Positions 51,215 through 64,000 are shown, counted from the stretch's first letter. The stretch is DNA of 64,000 nucleotides from Chiloscyllium plagiosum (GCF_004010195.1 NC_057718.1:36715717-36779716); one strand, 5' to 3'. Translations and numbers: made by a program. Notes: a model not told the origin generated them from the sequence alone.

Positions 51215-51490
51215 TTCAAAACATTCTGTAGTCAATGAAATATTTCTGAAGTATAATTAAACTTGAATTAGCCATAGCAGCCTACTTACAAACACATACA
51301 AATGATAATTCCAAAATAACCTACTTTCTGGTTGAAGGATAAATAGTGGTCAGAACACCAAGGATAACTTCCTCAATAGTTTCTAACAATGGGGCTTCAA
51401 AATAGTGCCGGGGACTTTTTACACTTGCCTCTAAGGCAGAAGGAGATCCAATTTAATGTTTCATCAGAAAGGCAGCACTTCTGACATTAG
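51215..51490 (-). mobile_element. Deu-domain SINE (SacSINE1/AmnSINE1-like)
   Basis: Reverse complement reads tgtcagaagtgctgcctttctgatgaaacattaaa..tgtaaaaagtccc.ggcactattttgaag..ggtgttctgacc..tatttatccttcaacc, matching the Deu-domain as I recall it. Confidence 0.7.
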
Positions 51491-52079
51491 CATGATTTAA
51501 TGGGTAATATGACAGTTTATGTACTATGCCAAAAATGAACTTGTAAGGCAAATTAGAGGCTTTTTCGCAAGCTTCATTATGTAACAGTGGGGAAAAAAAG
51601 TCAATATTAGGACAATTACCCTTGTCCTGTAAAATCTTATATCCAAACTTAGTGAAATAGACTTGGTAAGAGGAAACACTTCTACCGAGGTCCAAAAGTC
51701 CTTCACAAGATTTTTAAAACAAGAGTATTAGAGAAACTGACTGTGGAAATGGTTTGGACAGCTTCTTTCTGAGCAGACTCACTAGAAATCGGAGGGTGAA
51801 GTGTTCACACATTACATCAAGCGTCTACATTAACACAGCTCACATGTATCATAGTAGAATATTGAATTCACAGAATCCCGAAGTGCAGAAAGAGGCCATT
51901 TGGCCCATTGACTCTGCACTACATCTCTGAAGAGCATCCCACCATGTGCAAAGATTTAATAAAAGTATTCAAAATTCCTCAATTTGCCTTTTTTTTAGAC
52001 TCAGGTTGACAAAGCATGTGCCAGGTTTTCATATTAATAAGAACGGCCATTTACAACAAATAGATTTTAGCTACAAGCA

Positions 52080-53795
52080 AATTTTGCATCAGTATTTACT
52101 GTGGAAAAGGACATGGAAGATATAGAATGTAGGGAAATAGTTGGTGACATCTTGAAAAATGTCCATATTACAGAGGTGGAAGTGCTGGATGTCTTGAAAT
52201 ACAGAAAAGTGGATAAACCCCCAGAACCTGATCAGGTGTACCAGAGAACTCTGTGGGAAGCTAGAGAAGTGATTGCTGGACCTCTTACTGAGATATTTGT
52301 ATCATCAATAGTCATAGGTGAGGTGCCAGAACACTCTAGATTGGCTAATGCGCTGTCAGTGTTTAAGAAAGGTGGTAAGGACAAGCCAGGGAACTATAGA
52401 CCAGCGAGCCTGACGTCAGTGGTGAGCAAGTTGTTGGAGGGAATCCTGAGGGACATATATTTGGAAAGCCAAGGACTGATTAGGAATAGTCAACATGGCT
52501 TTGTGCGTGGGAAATCATGTCTCACAAACTTAATTGAGTTTTCTTGAAGAAGTAACAAAGAAGATTGATGAGGGCAGAGCGGTAGATGTGATCTATATGG
52601 TCCTCAGTAAGGCGTTCGACAAGGTTACCCATGGGAGACTGGTAAGTAAAGTCAGAGCTCATGGAATACAGGGAGAACTAGCCATTTGGATACAGAACTG
52701 GCTCACAGGTAGAAGACAAAGGGTGGTGGTGGAGGGTTGTTTTCAGAGTGGAGGCCTGTGACTAGTGGAGTGCCACAAGGATTGGTGCTGGGTCCACTAC
52801 TTTTCATCATTTATATAAATGATTTGGATGTGACCATAACAGGTACAGTTAGTAAGTTTGCAGATGACACCGAAATTGGAGTGTAATGGATAGCGAAGAG
52901 GGTTACCTCAGGTTACAACAGGATCTTGATCAGATGGGCCAATGGGTTGAGAAGTGGCAGATGGAGTTTAATTCAGATAAATGTGAGATGCTGCATTTTG
53001 AGAAATTAAATCTTAGCAGGACTTATGCACTTAATGATAAGGTCCTAAGGAGTGTTGCTGAACAAAGAGACCGTGGAATGCAGGTTCACAGCTCCTAGAA
53101 AGTGGAATCACAGGTAGATAGGATAGTGATGGCAGCATTTGGTATGCTTTCCTTTATTGGTCAGAGTATTGAGTACAGAAGTTGGGAACTCACATTGCAG
53201 CTGTACAGGACATTGGTTAGGTCACTGTTGGAACACTGCGTGCAATTCTGGTCTCCTTCCTATTGGAAAGATGTTGTGAAACTTGAAAGGGTTCAGAAAA
53301 GATTTACAAGGATGTTGCCAGTGTTGGAGGATTTGAGCTATAGGAGAGGTTGAATAGGCTAAGGCTGTTTTCCCTCGAACATCAGAGGCTGAGGGGTGAC
53401 CTTATAGAGGTTTATAAAATAATGAGGGGCATGAATAGGATAAATCGACAAAGTCTTTTCCCAGAGGTGGGGGAAAAAAAAAAAAAAAGAGTCCAGAACA
53501 AGACGGCATAGGTTTAGGGTTGGAGGGGCAAGATATGAGAGACACCTAAGGGGCAACTTTTTCACGCAGAGGCTGGTACATGTATAGAATAAGCTGCCAG
53601 AGGAAGTGGTGGAGGCTGGTACAATTGTAACATTTAAAAAGCATCTGGATGGGTATATGAATAGGAAGGGTTTGGAGGGATATGGGCTGGGTGCTGGCAG
53701 GTGGGACTAGATTGGGTTGGGATATCTGATCGGCATGGACGGGTTGGACCAAAGGGTCTGTTTCCATGGTATACATCTCTATGACTAACTATGAA
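52080..53795 (+). mobile_element. CR1-clade LINE (same family as 30026-31992), 5'-truncated and inactive
   Basis: ORFs 52101..52547, 52534..52761, 52886..53098 and 53102..53353 are consecutive RT pieces; tail tctatgactaactatga. Confidence 0.97.
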
Positions 53796-54009
53796 CAGCC
53801 AAAATTAAATCGTACTGGTTAAACCTCTAACTGGTTTATAAAATTTCACCTCCATACATGCATACAGCCACACAAAAAAAAGATGTATGGATGGAGGGAA
53901 AACTGGTAAGGTACTTCAAAAGGTCCCTGCACCCAGGATTCACAGACATAATCCTTTTGACCTGCCTGGATCTGCTACTGAACAAAGCAATTTGTTCACA
54001 ACTTATAAA

Positions 54010-54865
54010 ATGTCTGACTTACTGATTAAATGGACACCTCGCAACAACCAGACAGGGATGTTCCCTCGCAGTCGGGGAATACTGTCAGGCACATTTGGCC
54101 TTGGATCTTCGGGTGATCACCCTCCAAGGCGGACTTCGGGATATGCAACAATGCAGATTGGCTGAGCAGAGGCTGACAGCCAAGTTCGGTACCCATGGGG
54201 ATGGCCTCAACCGGGACCTTGGGTTCATGTCACACTACAGCTGACCCCACTACACTATACACTCTCACACACACACTCTCTCAGGCACACACACACCCTC
54301 TCACATGTATATACTCCATCACACGCACTCTCTCTCTCCCTCACATGCATGCAAACACACACACACGCACACACACAGAGGCCGATTTTACATTTGCAGA
54401 TATATTCTATTTTGTTCAAAAAGCACAATCTGGAGGCAGTCAATTTTATTTGTAATCCATGTGACATTTTTAAATTCCTACTTTGGAAACTGAACCAGTC
54501 TCACTCAAGATTGGGATTCACACAGACTCTAACCTCACACCTTTAATGCATTGTCTGAGGTGAGAGGTGAGATTTTTTTCGAAAACCTTAAGTTATCCCG
54601 GGAATGTGACTTGAAAGTAGTTCTGCGATTTACATTTTAATGAATGGAAACCTGCAGACCATTCTAAAAGACGAAAGACTTAACAACAATCTAGGTTTGT
54701 TTACTATAATCACATCAGTGTATGACCCACTAAAACCTTTTGCGATAAATTCTGTATCTTATGATCCTACACCACTAGTTACCTGACTAAGGAGCGCTCC
54801 GAAAACTTGTACTTCCAAATAAACCTGTTAGACTATAACCTGGCATCATGTGATTTTCAACTTTA
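54010..54865 (+). mobile_element. Third PLE family 3' end with internal CA/CT microsatellite and decayed hammerhead (54783-54808)
   Basis: AEQRL.AKFGTHGDGLNRDLGFMSHY C-terminus; CTGACTA-AGGAGC-GCTCC-GAAA; a related terminus remnant lies at ~12110-12190. Confidence 0.8.
54250..54376 (+). repeat. Degenerate (CA)n/(CT)n microsatellite
   Basis: Directly visible. Confidence 0.9.
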
Positions 54866-55020
54866 TTGGTTAAAAATAAAACTGCTTACAGCAATTGGTA
54901 AGGGAAAATAAAGCCAGCTTTCTTCCGTTTTGGATAATTTTTAACTGCAGAGATAAAGGACACTACCTCCTCTTTAGGATTTCGGAAGACCTCAGACTAT
55001 ATTGTTCACAGACACAAGCT

Positions 55021-56368
55021 AGGCGAAAGTGAGGACTGCAGATGCTGGAGATTAGAGTCAAGAGTGCGGTGCTAAAAAAGCACAGCAGGTCAGGCAGCAT
55101 CTGAGAAGCAGGAAAAATCGACATTTCAGGCAAAAGCTCTTCATCGGAAATTAGGCTGGGAGCCTCAGGGTGGAGAGATAAATGGGAGGGGGGTGGAGAT
55201 GGGGAGAAGGTGGCTGAGAGAGTGAGGGGTGAATGGAGGTGGGGGTAATGGTGATAGGTCAGAAGGTAAGGAATAAGTGGGAAGGAAGATGGACAGGTAG
55301 GACAGGTCACGAGAATGGTGCTGAGCTGGAAGGTTGGAACTGGGATAAGGTGGGGGAAGGGGAAATGAGGAAACTGGTGAAATCTACATGGTGCCATGGC
55401 ATAGGAGGGTCCCAAGGCAGAAAATGAGACGTTCTTCCTCTAGGCGTCGGGTGATGAGGAAGTGGCGATGAAGGCGGCCCAGGACCTGCGTGTTCCTCAG
55501 CGGAGCGAGAGGGGGAGTTGAAATGTTCGGCCACAGGGCGGTGGGGTTGGTTGGTTGGTTGGTATGGGTATCCCGGAGATGTTCTCTGAAGCACTCTGCG
55601 AGCAGGCGTCCAGTCTCCCCAATGTAGAGGAGACTGCATCAGGATACAGTAAATGACGCGTGGAAGTGCAGGTGAAACTCTGATGGACGTGGAAGGCTCC
55701 TTTCGCGCCTTGGACGGGGGTGAGGAGGAAAATGTGGGCACAGGTTTTGCAATTCTTTTGGTGGCAAGGGAAGGTGCTGAGAGTGGAGGGTGAGTTGTTG
55801 GGGGGCATGGACCTGACAAGGAAGTTGTGGAAGGAACAGTCTTTATCGAAAGCATATAGGGAGGGGGAGGGAAATATATCTCTGGTGGACGAGTCTGTTT
55901 GTAGGTGGCGGAAAGGGTGGAGAATGATGCAATGTATATGGAGGTTGGTGGGTTGGAAGGTCGGGGTTCTGTCCTTGTTGTGGTTGGAGGAGTGGGGTTC
56001 GAGGGCAGAGGTGCAGGAGGTGGATGAGATGCGTTGGAGGACATCAACCACCACATTGGAGAGGAAATTGCAGGCAGCCATCTGGTGTGTTCTGTGTGGA
56101 ACTGGTCCTCCTGGGAGAAGATGCAGCTGAGGCAGAGAAATTGGGAATAAGGGATAGCATTTTTACAGGAAGCAGGGTGGAAGGAGGTGTAATCCAGGTA
56201 GCTGTGGGAGTTGGTGGATTTGTAGAAAATGTCACGTTGAATTGGTCACCATTGATGGAGCTAGAGAGATCCAGGAAGGGAGGGAGGTGTCTGAGATGGT
56301 CCAGGTGAATTTAAGGTCAGAGTGGAATGCGTTGGTGAAGTTGATGAACTGCTCAACCTCCTCGTGGG
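55021..56368 (-). mobile_element. Penelope-like element (same family as 9068-10325), 5'-truncated
   Basis: ORFs 55497..56081 (FPC...CKTC) and 55307..56056 (PVAEHFNS); terminus with a mutated hammerhead at ~55120-55147. Confidence 0.92.
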
Positions 56369-57447
56369 ATGAGCTTTCCAGCACACAAGTAAAGGCTCTC
56401 ATGAGTGACATTCTGGGAAAGTTTAATTACAATCTTGCAGGTGAGCGCCAAGTGTTACACTTTGGAGTCTTTGGAAAAGGGAACATGAAAGTAAACATTA
56501 TGGAACTCAAAACTATGGTGGTAGTTTATTTATGGCACTCTTGACAAAATGCAAAAGTCATTGATGGTTTCCTTGGCAAAGGAGGACTCAATATCCCATT
56601 TGAAGATTAGACTACCATGGTCCTTACATTCAACTGTGAGATATCAGTAAATGCTGGAATCCACCTCCACATTTTCTTCATCCTCCAAAAGAAAACCTGT
56701 ATACTCTCAGTGGGAAACCTGTTATGGCCACTTAAATGTGGGCAGTACAAAATTTGGGAACTCTTCAACGTAAGTCTATGTGGATAATAAAACAGTAGTC
56801 AGGTGTAAAAAATACTGAAGAAAATAACAAAGACAGAAATAAGGCAAAATCCAGATGAATCCTTCAAATCCACATTGTGCTTTCTACAACTCCATTTCTT
56901 AGCTGCATGATTGACACAGAAGTCAGTCAAATAAAGTGATTACATAAAATAGAACATCAGTAGCACTGCATCATCCCTGTTTTATGTCTATTCACAAACT
57001 CATTGCCACTTCTGTTGCCCATCAAACTACAATGGAACTAAATTTAATCATGTTCTTAATTGTCAAATGATCAGAAACAAAATACATTTCTCAAGTTTGT
57101 TAGCACATTCCTATTTTCTATATAATGTGCATATATATCTACTTACAGTAACATCTATTAGGCAGAGTTCCCAAGTAGTCTTGTGGTAAATGGTCAATAG
57201 CCTACTTAAAATTGAATTAGATTAGTAGGATTAGACTGGAAAGCTCTTCTTGGCTCGTGAGGACATGGGTGTGCTGTAGATATTCTATTTCCCTACATAT
57301 AATGAGAGAATTCATCAAATTTATTTTACTGTTGGTTGAAGATAGATATAGACCGATAGTTTGGGACATCTTCCTGCCACCAGTTCTTTAAGATAGCTAG
57401 GGAGTTCAGTTAAAAGACACTTTTGTTTTTAAGAAAAAGGGTACCTT

Positions 57448-57992
57448 TGTAATCCCGTCCCCCTTCCAGTCGAAGCAAAACGCTCAGCGACACTGTATAG
57501 TTTTGCCTCCATTTTTATTCTAGGCCCTGAAGAGAGAGAGAGAACAATCGCCCACGTGTACAGGGACATGAGTCCCCGGTCTTCTCTCGAACAAACAGTT
57601 TCTCAATGAACTATACAGTCATTTTACAGAGAGGAGCACCCAGATAAGGCAACATACATATTAAATGGGTGACCGTTACAATCAATGAGTATCAATAGCA
57701 GAGACCAAGCCCATTACGGTTACACAATGAATGTTCTTAGAACCCTGTTAACTGGATTCATAGAATGGATACTTTTCCCCTTATTAGCTGACCTTACATA
57801 CTGAATGCTTCCTATATCGTTAAATGGCTCCACATAATGACTGTTTCCACCTTTCAACCCATTACCCTTGCCTCCAGCACCCCATTGTTAACTGTAAGTT
57901 CTTATGGGAGTCATGCTCAGCTGAACCTTGTGGTTCACAAAACTCAGAACTTAACTCTTTCCCTGCCTGCTTATACCCTATACACATTCTCA
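57448..57992 (-). mobile_element. Solo LTR (copy 2)
   Basis: tgtaatcccg...acacattctca, perfect 4-bp TSD cctt, homologous to 24934-25455. Confidence 0.9.
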
Positions 57993-60369
57993 CCTTGGGT
58001 ACTGAATTGCAATACTGAGAGGGTACTGTGTTCAAATGTCAGTTTAGTACAAATGTGTTCAATCTACAGAATTGTGCAACTTTCTGACTCAGGCATGAGT
58101 CCTTAACCAGTGAACCAAGCTGACCTGTGAAAAGGAACAGGCTGAAAAGTGAGATGTGGCAGGAACCAATTCTAGGAGTGATAGTGAATTACCTGGGATG
58201 AGAAGTATAAATTAGTCAGATTTTTCAGATGAAACTGAAATTGGGTCAGGTAGCATTTGTTGGCTCACAGAGGGATCCAAATAGGCAGATCGAAGACAGG
58301 TGCAAGATTGTTATGGGACTTACTGGATTATGGCTCAGACAGCTGGCATGGACTTGATGGGCCAAAAGGCTGCATTTTGTGCAGTAAGTGACTCCATAAC
58401 TCGATAAATCTGGGTGTGTTCTTTAAAGTGAAGTACAGATTCTTTTAGCTGGTTATCAGTGAGCTATGATTTTATAATTTGCACTTAGAGCCTAATACTT
58501 GCAAATGCTTGCATTTTCATGCATTAACCATCTCTTTCCCTTTCAAACTTTCCCTCACTCTGATGTCTGTATTGCTAATAAACTTAAGAAATGTATTTTG
58601 TTTCTGTTCATTTGACAGTTAAGAACGAACATGAATAGCTATGTCCTTTCTCACACCACTAAAATCCTGTACTGCAGATGACCTTCAGACCAACTTCAGA
58701 ATTCAAATACCTTGGTCTTTCCCAACCTGAGAGAGCTTGGCCAACTGCCTAAATTTCAAAATAGTGCTTATAAGATTCCATGTGTTAAATGACAATAGAA
58801 ATATATTTTCAATCCATATTTACAAGTAAGTTAAAATGAGAGAGGATGGATAGTTAATCCATATGTATCAGTAATAGGAGACATAGCAGTTCCTGTAAAA
58901 ATGAATCATTGGCTATAGAAAATAAACCAACCTCTGGCATCAGAGCAGGTTACGATGTGCAATGTGCATCTGTCAGATCTTTCAGCAAAGAAGAAAACAT
59001 TACATTATCTTATAAAAGATAGCAAAAACAGGATTGAAAAAGGTTAAAGTTAGGCTATGCGTGATTAAACTGTAACAGTGAAACTAACAAAAGAACAGGT
59101 TCACTGGGGATAAAAAGGCTCATTTGAAACTGACAAGAGGAAGTTCTTCAGACCAAAAAAAAAATCAATGAACAGGTCTTCTGCATTAAAGCAGTGAAGG
59201 AAAAAAAAACATGGAATCATTTATAAACCAGTTGAATGTTGAGATCAGGGATAAAGGGCTGTAGAGTTTCTCCAGGCAGCAAAACTACAATGATCCAAAT
59301 GTGCTTAAACTGCATTTATGTTATGAACTAAATTCACCCATAACACTGACAATACATTATAATAACTAGAACATCTGCAAATGATTTCAATCTTCTGGCT
59401 CAAATTACAGAAAGAGATGAGCATCATCTGAACCTTCAACCAGATTAGGTTATAGCTATTTCCTCTTGCCCTTTTGAATTAAGCTCTATGTAATTAGGTT
59501 TCAAGATAAACTTAATGTTCTAAGAAACAGAATTTTATTTCCGTACTTCATTATATTCAGATTCTCTGAATGTGACACCAATTTGATGCCGTAAAAAAAG
59601 AGACTGCATTTACAATTAAAATAAATGCTAATAAATACAAGTGTCATTCTGATGATATTACCTAGATATTACCAACCACTCAAACAGCTGTTAAAATCCT
59701 TCTGGGGATTTGAAGTATCTGTTGGAAAGATGTTAGGTAGATATTCAAGACATAAATACAGTACTGTATGTCATACACATTGTAATCTTGACAAGTATGT
59801 ACAGTTGACAACTAAAGGAGAATTCTTGCAGATGTGGGAATTCATGAATGCTTTCAGCACCCAGGTATTTGAAGTAAATATTCCCAACTGTAGAGACTCA
59901 AATCAACATTACTAAGATTAAAGAACAGCAAGAAATTCCAGTAAATAAGAGAGGCTTTTAGAACACTCATTCTAAAAACATGGTCACTTCACTGGTAGAC
60001 TAGTAAAAGACAACAGAATTCACAAAGGAGTGATCATCTGTTTGGAAGAAAAGAAAAGTAGGGAGGAAGTGTCAAAGTGCTGAGAGAACCTTGTTGGCAA
60101 ATAAGTTTTCTGTACCAAATACTTGGTCCAAGAACAATGACTTAAGGGAGAGCAACCACAGCACCGTCACTGAATTCCTGCACATAACTTGTTCTCCTCT
60201 GGGAGAAGATTTAAGCAAAGAAATGCAATGTTAGGAGATTTGAAACAAGAAAAATGATAGAATTTTATAGCACAGAAGGAAACCATTTGGTTCAACATGC
60301 ACGTGCCAGCTCTCTGAAAGGACTAAGGAGATTGTTCTATTTTTCATATTTTAGTGAAAAGTTTGTAGC

Positions 60370-60610
60370 TTGGTTTGTAGTTGAAGTTGCTGTTCGGTTC
60401 ACCGAGCTGGTGGATTTTCTTGCAAACATTTCATCTTCCTCCAGGGTGACCTCTTCAGTGCTGTCTAGCTCCGAATGAAGTACTGCCATTGTGATCACAG
60501 CGACAGTGCTTCATCTGGAGGCTACACAGCACTGAAGATTTCTTTTTGGAGGGAGACAAAATGTTTGCAAGAAAATCAACCTGCTCGGCAAACTGACCAA
60601 CAACTTCATT
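60370..60610. mobile_element. Head-to-head termini of the Poseidon-like PLE family, with decayed hammerhead cores on both arms
   Basis: gattttcttgcaaacatttc..tcttcagtgctgt versus acagcactgaaga..aaatgtttgcaagaaaatc; similar to 13500-13600. Confidence 0.8.
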
Positions 60611-62525
60611 TTTCTATTTCCCTGCCTTTTGAAACTTGCATTCTACAATTATTTATCCACTTCCGTTAAAAAGTTATCAATACTGTTTCAACTGCTTTTT
60701 GATAGAAAACCAACAGTATTAACAATGCTATGGACAAAAATAAAAACAGTTATTCTTTTGAGAAATTGACTACCTTAAATTTATGACTTTAGGACATGTG
60801 AATCAAACGCTAGGAAATAAGTTTTCCCTATTTAAACTTCTCAAAACCTTCACTAAATCTCCTTTTAAACTAAACTAGATTCACATTGAATTCAAAGCAC
60901 TGTTTCTGATTCAACATATTGTACTTTGCACTTCTATTTGACTTCAAATCTTTTGCTTTGAATGAACAGCCATTTCTTTAATCTGTTCGCATTATTAAAG
61001 CCTCCAAATTGTCTCAATTTAGTGACCATTCTCCTCCTCCTCATTAGGGCAGTCTATGCTGCAAAAGAACAAAGACCCTGTGTTGCTAACCCTCCAGGAT
61101 TGTCCTCAAGTCTGCAGGAATTAAAAAATTAATGAATTGGACACTGCTACAAGTAACCCAAGAAAAGTAAAATACGGTCAATTAATAACAATTGTATGCA
61201 GTGATTGTTTTATTTGAACATTCTTTTTTATTATGAAGATATTAAAGATGGGTAAAAAGGATGTCACAGTTGGAAGTGAGAGATCATGTCATGTTATTTA
61301 CAGCCACATGCCCAACCAGAATCGGCTGCTTGAAAGACTAACTACAGCTGAGCTGTACAATGGACAACAGAAAGCTCAAATCTGGATAGTAATGTAATAG
61401 GAAGGATGAAAGAATGAACAGATTTGGCTGGACAAGATAGTTTTTGGTTTTAAAAATCCAAATGGCAGAAACGTTTTTGCCACAATAAAAGAAAGACACT
61501 AGAAACAAGAATCATTGATTAACTTTTGCTTTAAAAAATTACATACAGAACATATTTATCTACCTGGGTATTGACAAATAGTATCGCTGGCTATAAAATT
61601 TCCCAGAGAGGATACTCTTGTTAAACAAAACAGCACAACTGTGGTAAGGAAGGGTATAAATGCAGAGAGTTGGCACTGGAGAGAAACTCACCTCGTTCTT
61701 ACCTCTTCACTAAGTTCTGGAGACAGTCCATGTGTGATTTTATTGTTATGACCAAATGGTCAACTAATAGCCATTTATGGATCTCAATGCACTGTGACCA
61801 CTTGCCTTCCTGGCTAACTTTCTATCTGGGCAACCTGCACCAAATGGTAGACTTTGAAAGCCACATCTTGGCCAAATCCCACCCATACAGGACAAGCATA
61901 AAAATGACTCACTTTCTTCCTGTTGGACCTCCCAAGGAGTAGGCCTCAACTAGAAGTCCTTACAAACCCAAACAAAGGCTGCTATTATCAAATTGGCTGG
62001 CAAAATAAGATGTTAGCATTGAGGACTGCGATTCACCAAGAATTCCACCTTCACACGTATGCTAAGTCATAACAAGCCGAATGGCGTGCCACAGGTTGAG
62101 CTTTCTCAGGAGTGAGGGTGGCTTATTAGTCACCACCTGACATGCTTATTCCAATACTTTAAAAATGGGAAAATTCCCTCTAATGACAGACATTAAACTC
62201 CATTGTCCAAACAGCATACATTTAAGGTAAGCTGAGAAATAGCAAGAAACCAGTTACTTCGCTGACCCCTAACCAACGGAAAGATACAATTTGCACAAAA
62301 ATCAAAATTATTATTAGAAACACAATGAGAGTTTTAATTATCAAACAAACTAGCATAGGCTAGATTTTGATGCAAATTTTTAAGAAAAGGTAGGCAAGTC
62401 CTAAAGAAAGATTTTATTTTAAGGACTCCCCCAGCATTTAACATCTAAGTATCCAAAACGACAGATCGTGATTCTCAACCAGGAGCAACCTTTGCTTAAA
62501 GCATGTAGCACTACAGTTAGCTCAC

Positions 62526-62531
62526 ACTGGC
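62526..62531 (-). other. Candidate 6-nt microexon GCCAGT
   Basis: Long pyrimidine tract, TGC motifs, then tcaaacag|GCCAGT|gtgagc. Confidence 0.25.
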
Positions 62532-62634
62532 CTGTTTGAGTCGTCATATACAAACAAGCATTTATAGTATGGAAGCAGAGGAAAACAAAGAAACAAGGAC
62601 AGAGGTATGATGAAAAAGGACAGGAACATTTCAC

Positions 62635-62646
62635 CTTTGAATGCAC
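62635..62646 (-). other. Candidate 12-nt microexon GTGCATTCAAAG
   Basis: tgtttcttgctcag|GTGCATTCAAAG|gtgaaa. Confidence 0.2.
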
Positions 62647-62869
62647 CTGAGCAAGAAACAATTGTGCCAGAGATGAAATTATAACTCTTTTTCATGAATA
62701 ATCTACAGCAGGCTAATGATCTCCTTGACCAAAGCTATGCAATTTTACAGAGTAAAAGATATAAATCAATTTTCTCATCAATTTTTATTTCACTAGGGTC
62801 CTCTAGAGTTTAATGATAAATTCTGTACTGTACATTGCTGGCTATATTCAAACCTCAGGATCACCACAA

Positions 62870-63720
62870 TGGGGTGAGACGAAAGAAATATTCAGCAGGA
62901 TTGAAAAATGGCACAGATCTTAAGTATAACATGCCTGCCTTCACAGTTGAAGGCAATTTAACAGAAACAGAGGGCAACCAAGGAGCTACGAGGGAGTAAC
63001 TTAAAACATAGATATGATCAGAGACAACGATTAACAAAATTTGAGATCAAATGCCCACAAACCATCAAAATTTGATAGCTTACTTCTGATGGTTCAAAAA
63101 GACATAGTTGCAGAGATATTGGATGCAATGGTTATTTTTCTATAATTCATTACAGAGTAGGCTATTGCTAGCAAAGTGGTCTTAATAAATATAACACTGC
63201 TATTCAAGAAATGAAGAAACAAAAATTAGGCCTGCTAGCCTGGCAATCATCAGAAAGATGCTGGAACGTGTTATCACGAAAATATTCGTAATACTCTTAG
63301 AAAAACAGCATGGTGGCTTAGTGGTTAGTACTGCCAACTTACAGTGCCCAAGACCCAGGTTAGATTCTACCCTCAGGTAACTGCATGGAGTTTACGCATT
63401 TGCCCTGTGTTTATGTGGGTTCCCTTCAGGTGCATTTGTTTCCTCCCACAGTCCACAGACGTGCAGGTTATGTGGACTGGCCATCAGAAACGCAGGGGTA
63501 CAGGGATAGGGTTGAGGAGTGGGTCTGGATGGGTCAATGTTGACTATAGGAACCAAATGCTCTGCTTCCACACTGTAGAAAGCTATGAATCTATGAAAAT
63601 TACTGACAGTGACAATCACATGATGTTCAAAGTCAACATGGTTTTATGAAAAGGACAAATTCTGTTTTACATATTTGTTAGAAGCTTTTGAGGACAGAGA
63701 TAGCAGGGTAAAAAGGATGA
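62870..63720 (+). mobile_element. Old CR1 RT remnant interrupted by a V-SINE
   Basis: aatataacactgctattcaagaaa..aggcctgctagcct resembles N.T.LFKK...RP.SL. Confidence 0.55.
63306..63597 (+). mobile_element. Diverged HE1-type V-SINE
   Basis: tggtggcttagtggttagtactgc..gtttcctcccacagtcc..ttccacactgtag..ctatgaatctatga. Confidence 0.85.
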
Positions 63721-64000
63721 CCAAATGAGAGGGGGGGGGGCAAACTGGTTTCCCTCTTTTCAACACCATTCCATTCAGCCAGAATAAATACTTTTATTTC
63801 CTTTTTGTACACAACTACTGCATTTCAATTAAAACATAGTACTAGTCCATACTGAGAACCAGTTGCAAAGTTATCTTGAAAAGAAAACAACTGCATTCAT
63901 TACTAAACCCAGAGAAAAATAATAAAATGAAACATCAATCACATTATATATAAAGGTTTAGAAAAGGTGAACATGTTGCTTACAGACAGGAAGAATTAAG

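Noticed and set aside
24934..57992. One large provirus bounded by the two LTRs
   Set aside because: Each LTR has its own TSD, they are ~32 kb apart, and no gag/pol/env lies between them.
1..64000. CRISPR array, prokaryotic operon or viral genes
   Set aside because: No regularly spaced repeat-spacer array and no gene-dense region; the content is typical vertebrate retroelement-rich DNA.

Overview
Eukaryotic, AT-rich and CpG-depleted DNA. The repeat families (HE1/V-SINE, Deu-domain SINE, HER1-like CR1) point to an elasmobranch (shark); this is an inference from repeats only. The window is dominated by decayed retroelements: several CR1-clade LINE families, at least three Penelope-like element (PLE) families, a fragmented RTE LINE, L2 tails, SINEs and solo LTRs, often nested. 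No intact protein-coding gene or autonomous element is visible, and nearly all listed ORFs are repeat-derived or chance. The unique DNA has several minus-strand exon-like segments, including microexon candidates and a CpG-rich 102-nt hairpin-forming cassette, which suggests intronic or 3' sequence of an unidentified minus-strand gene. The most striking structure is a set of ~150-220 bp inserts made only of PLE termini. They are mostly head-to-head hairpins, are flanked by 14-20 bp target-site duplications (TSDs), and several carry minimal hammerhead-ribozyme cores. Repeat boundaries were read by eye and are approximate unless a TSD is quoted.
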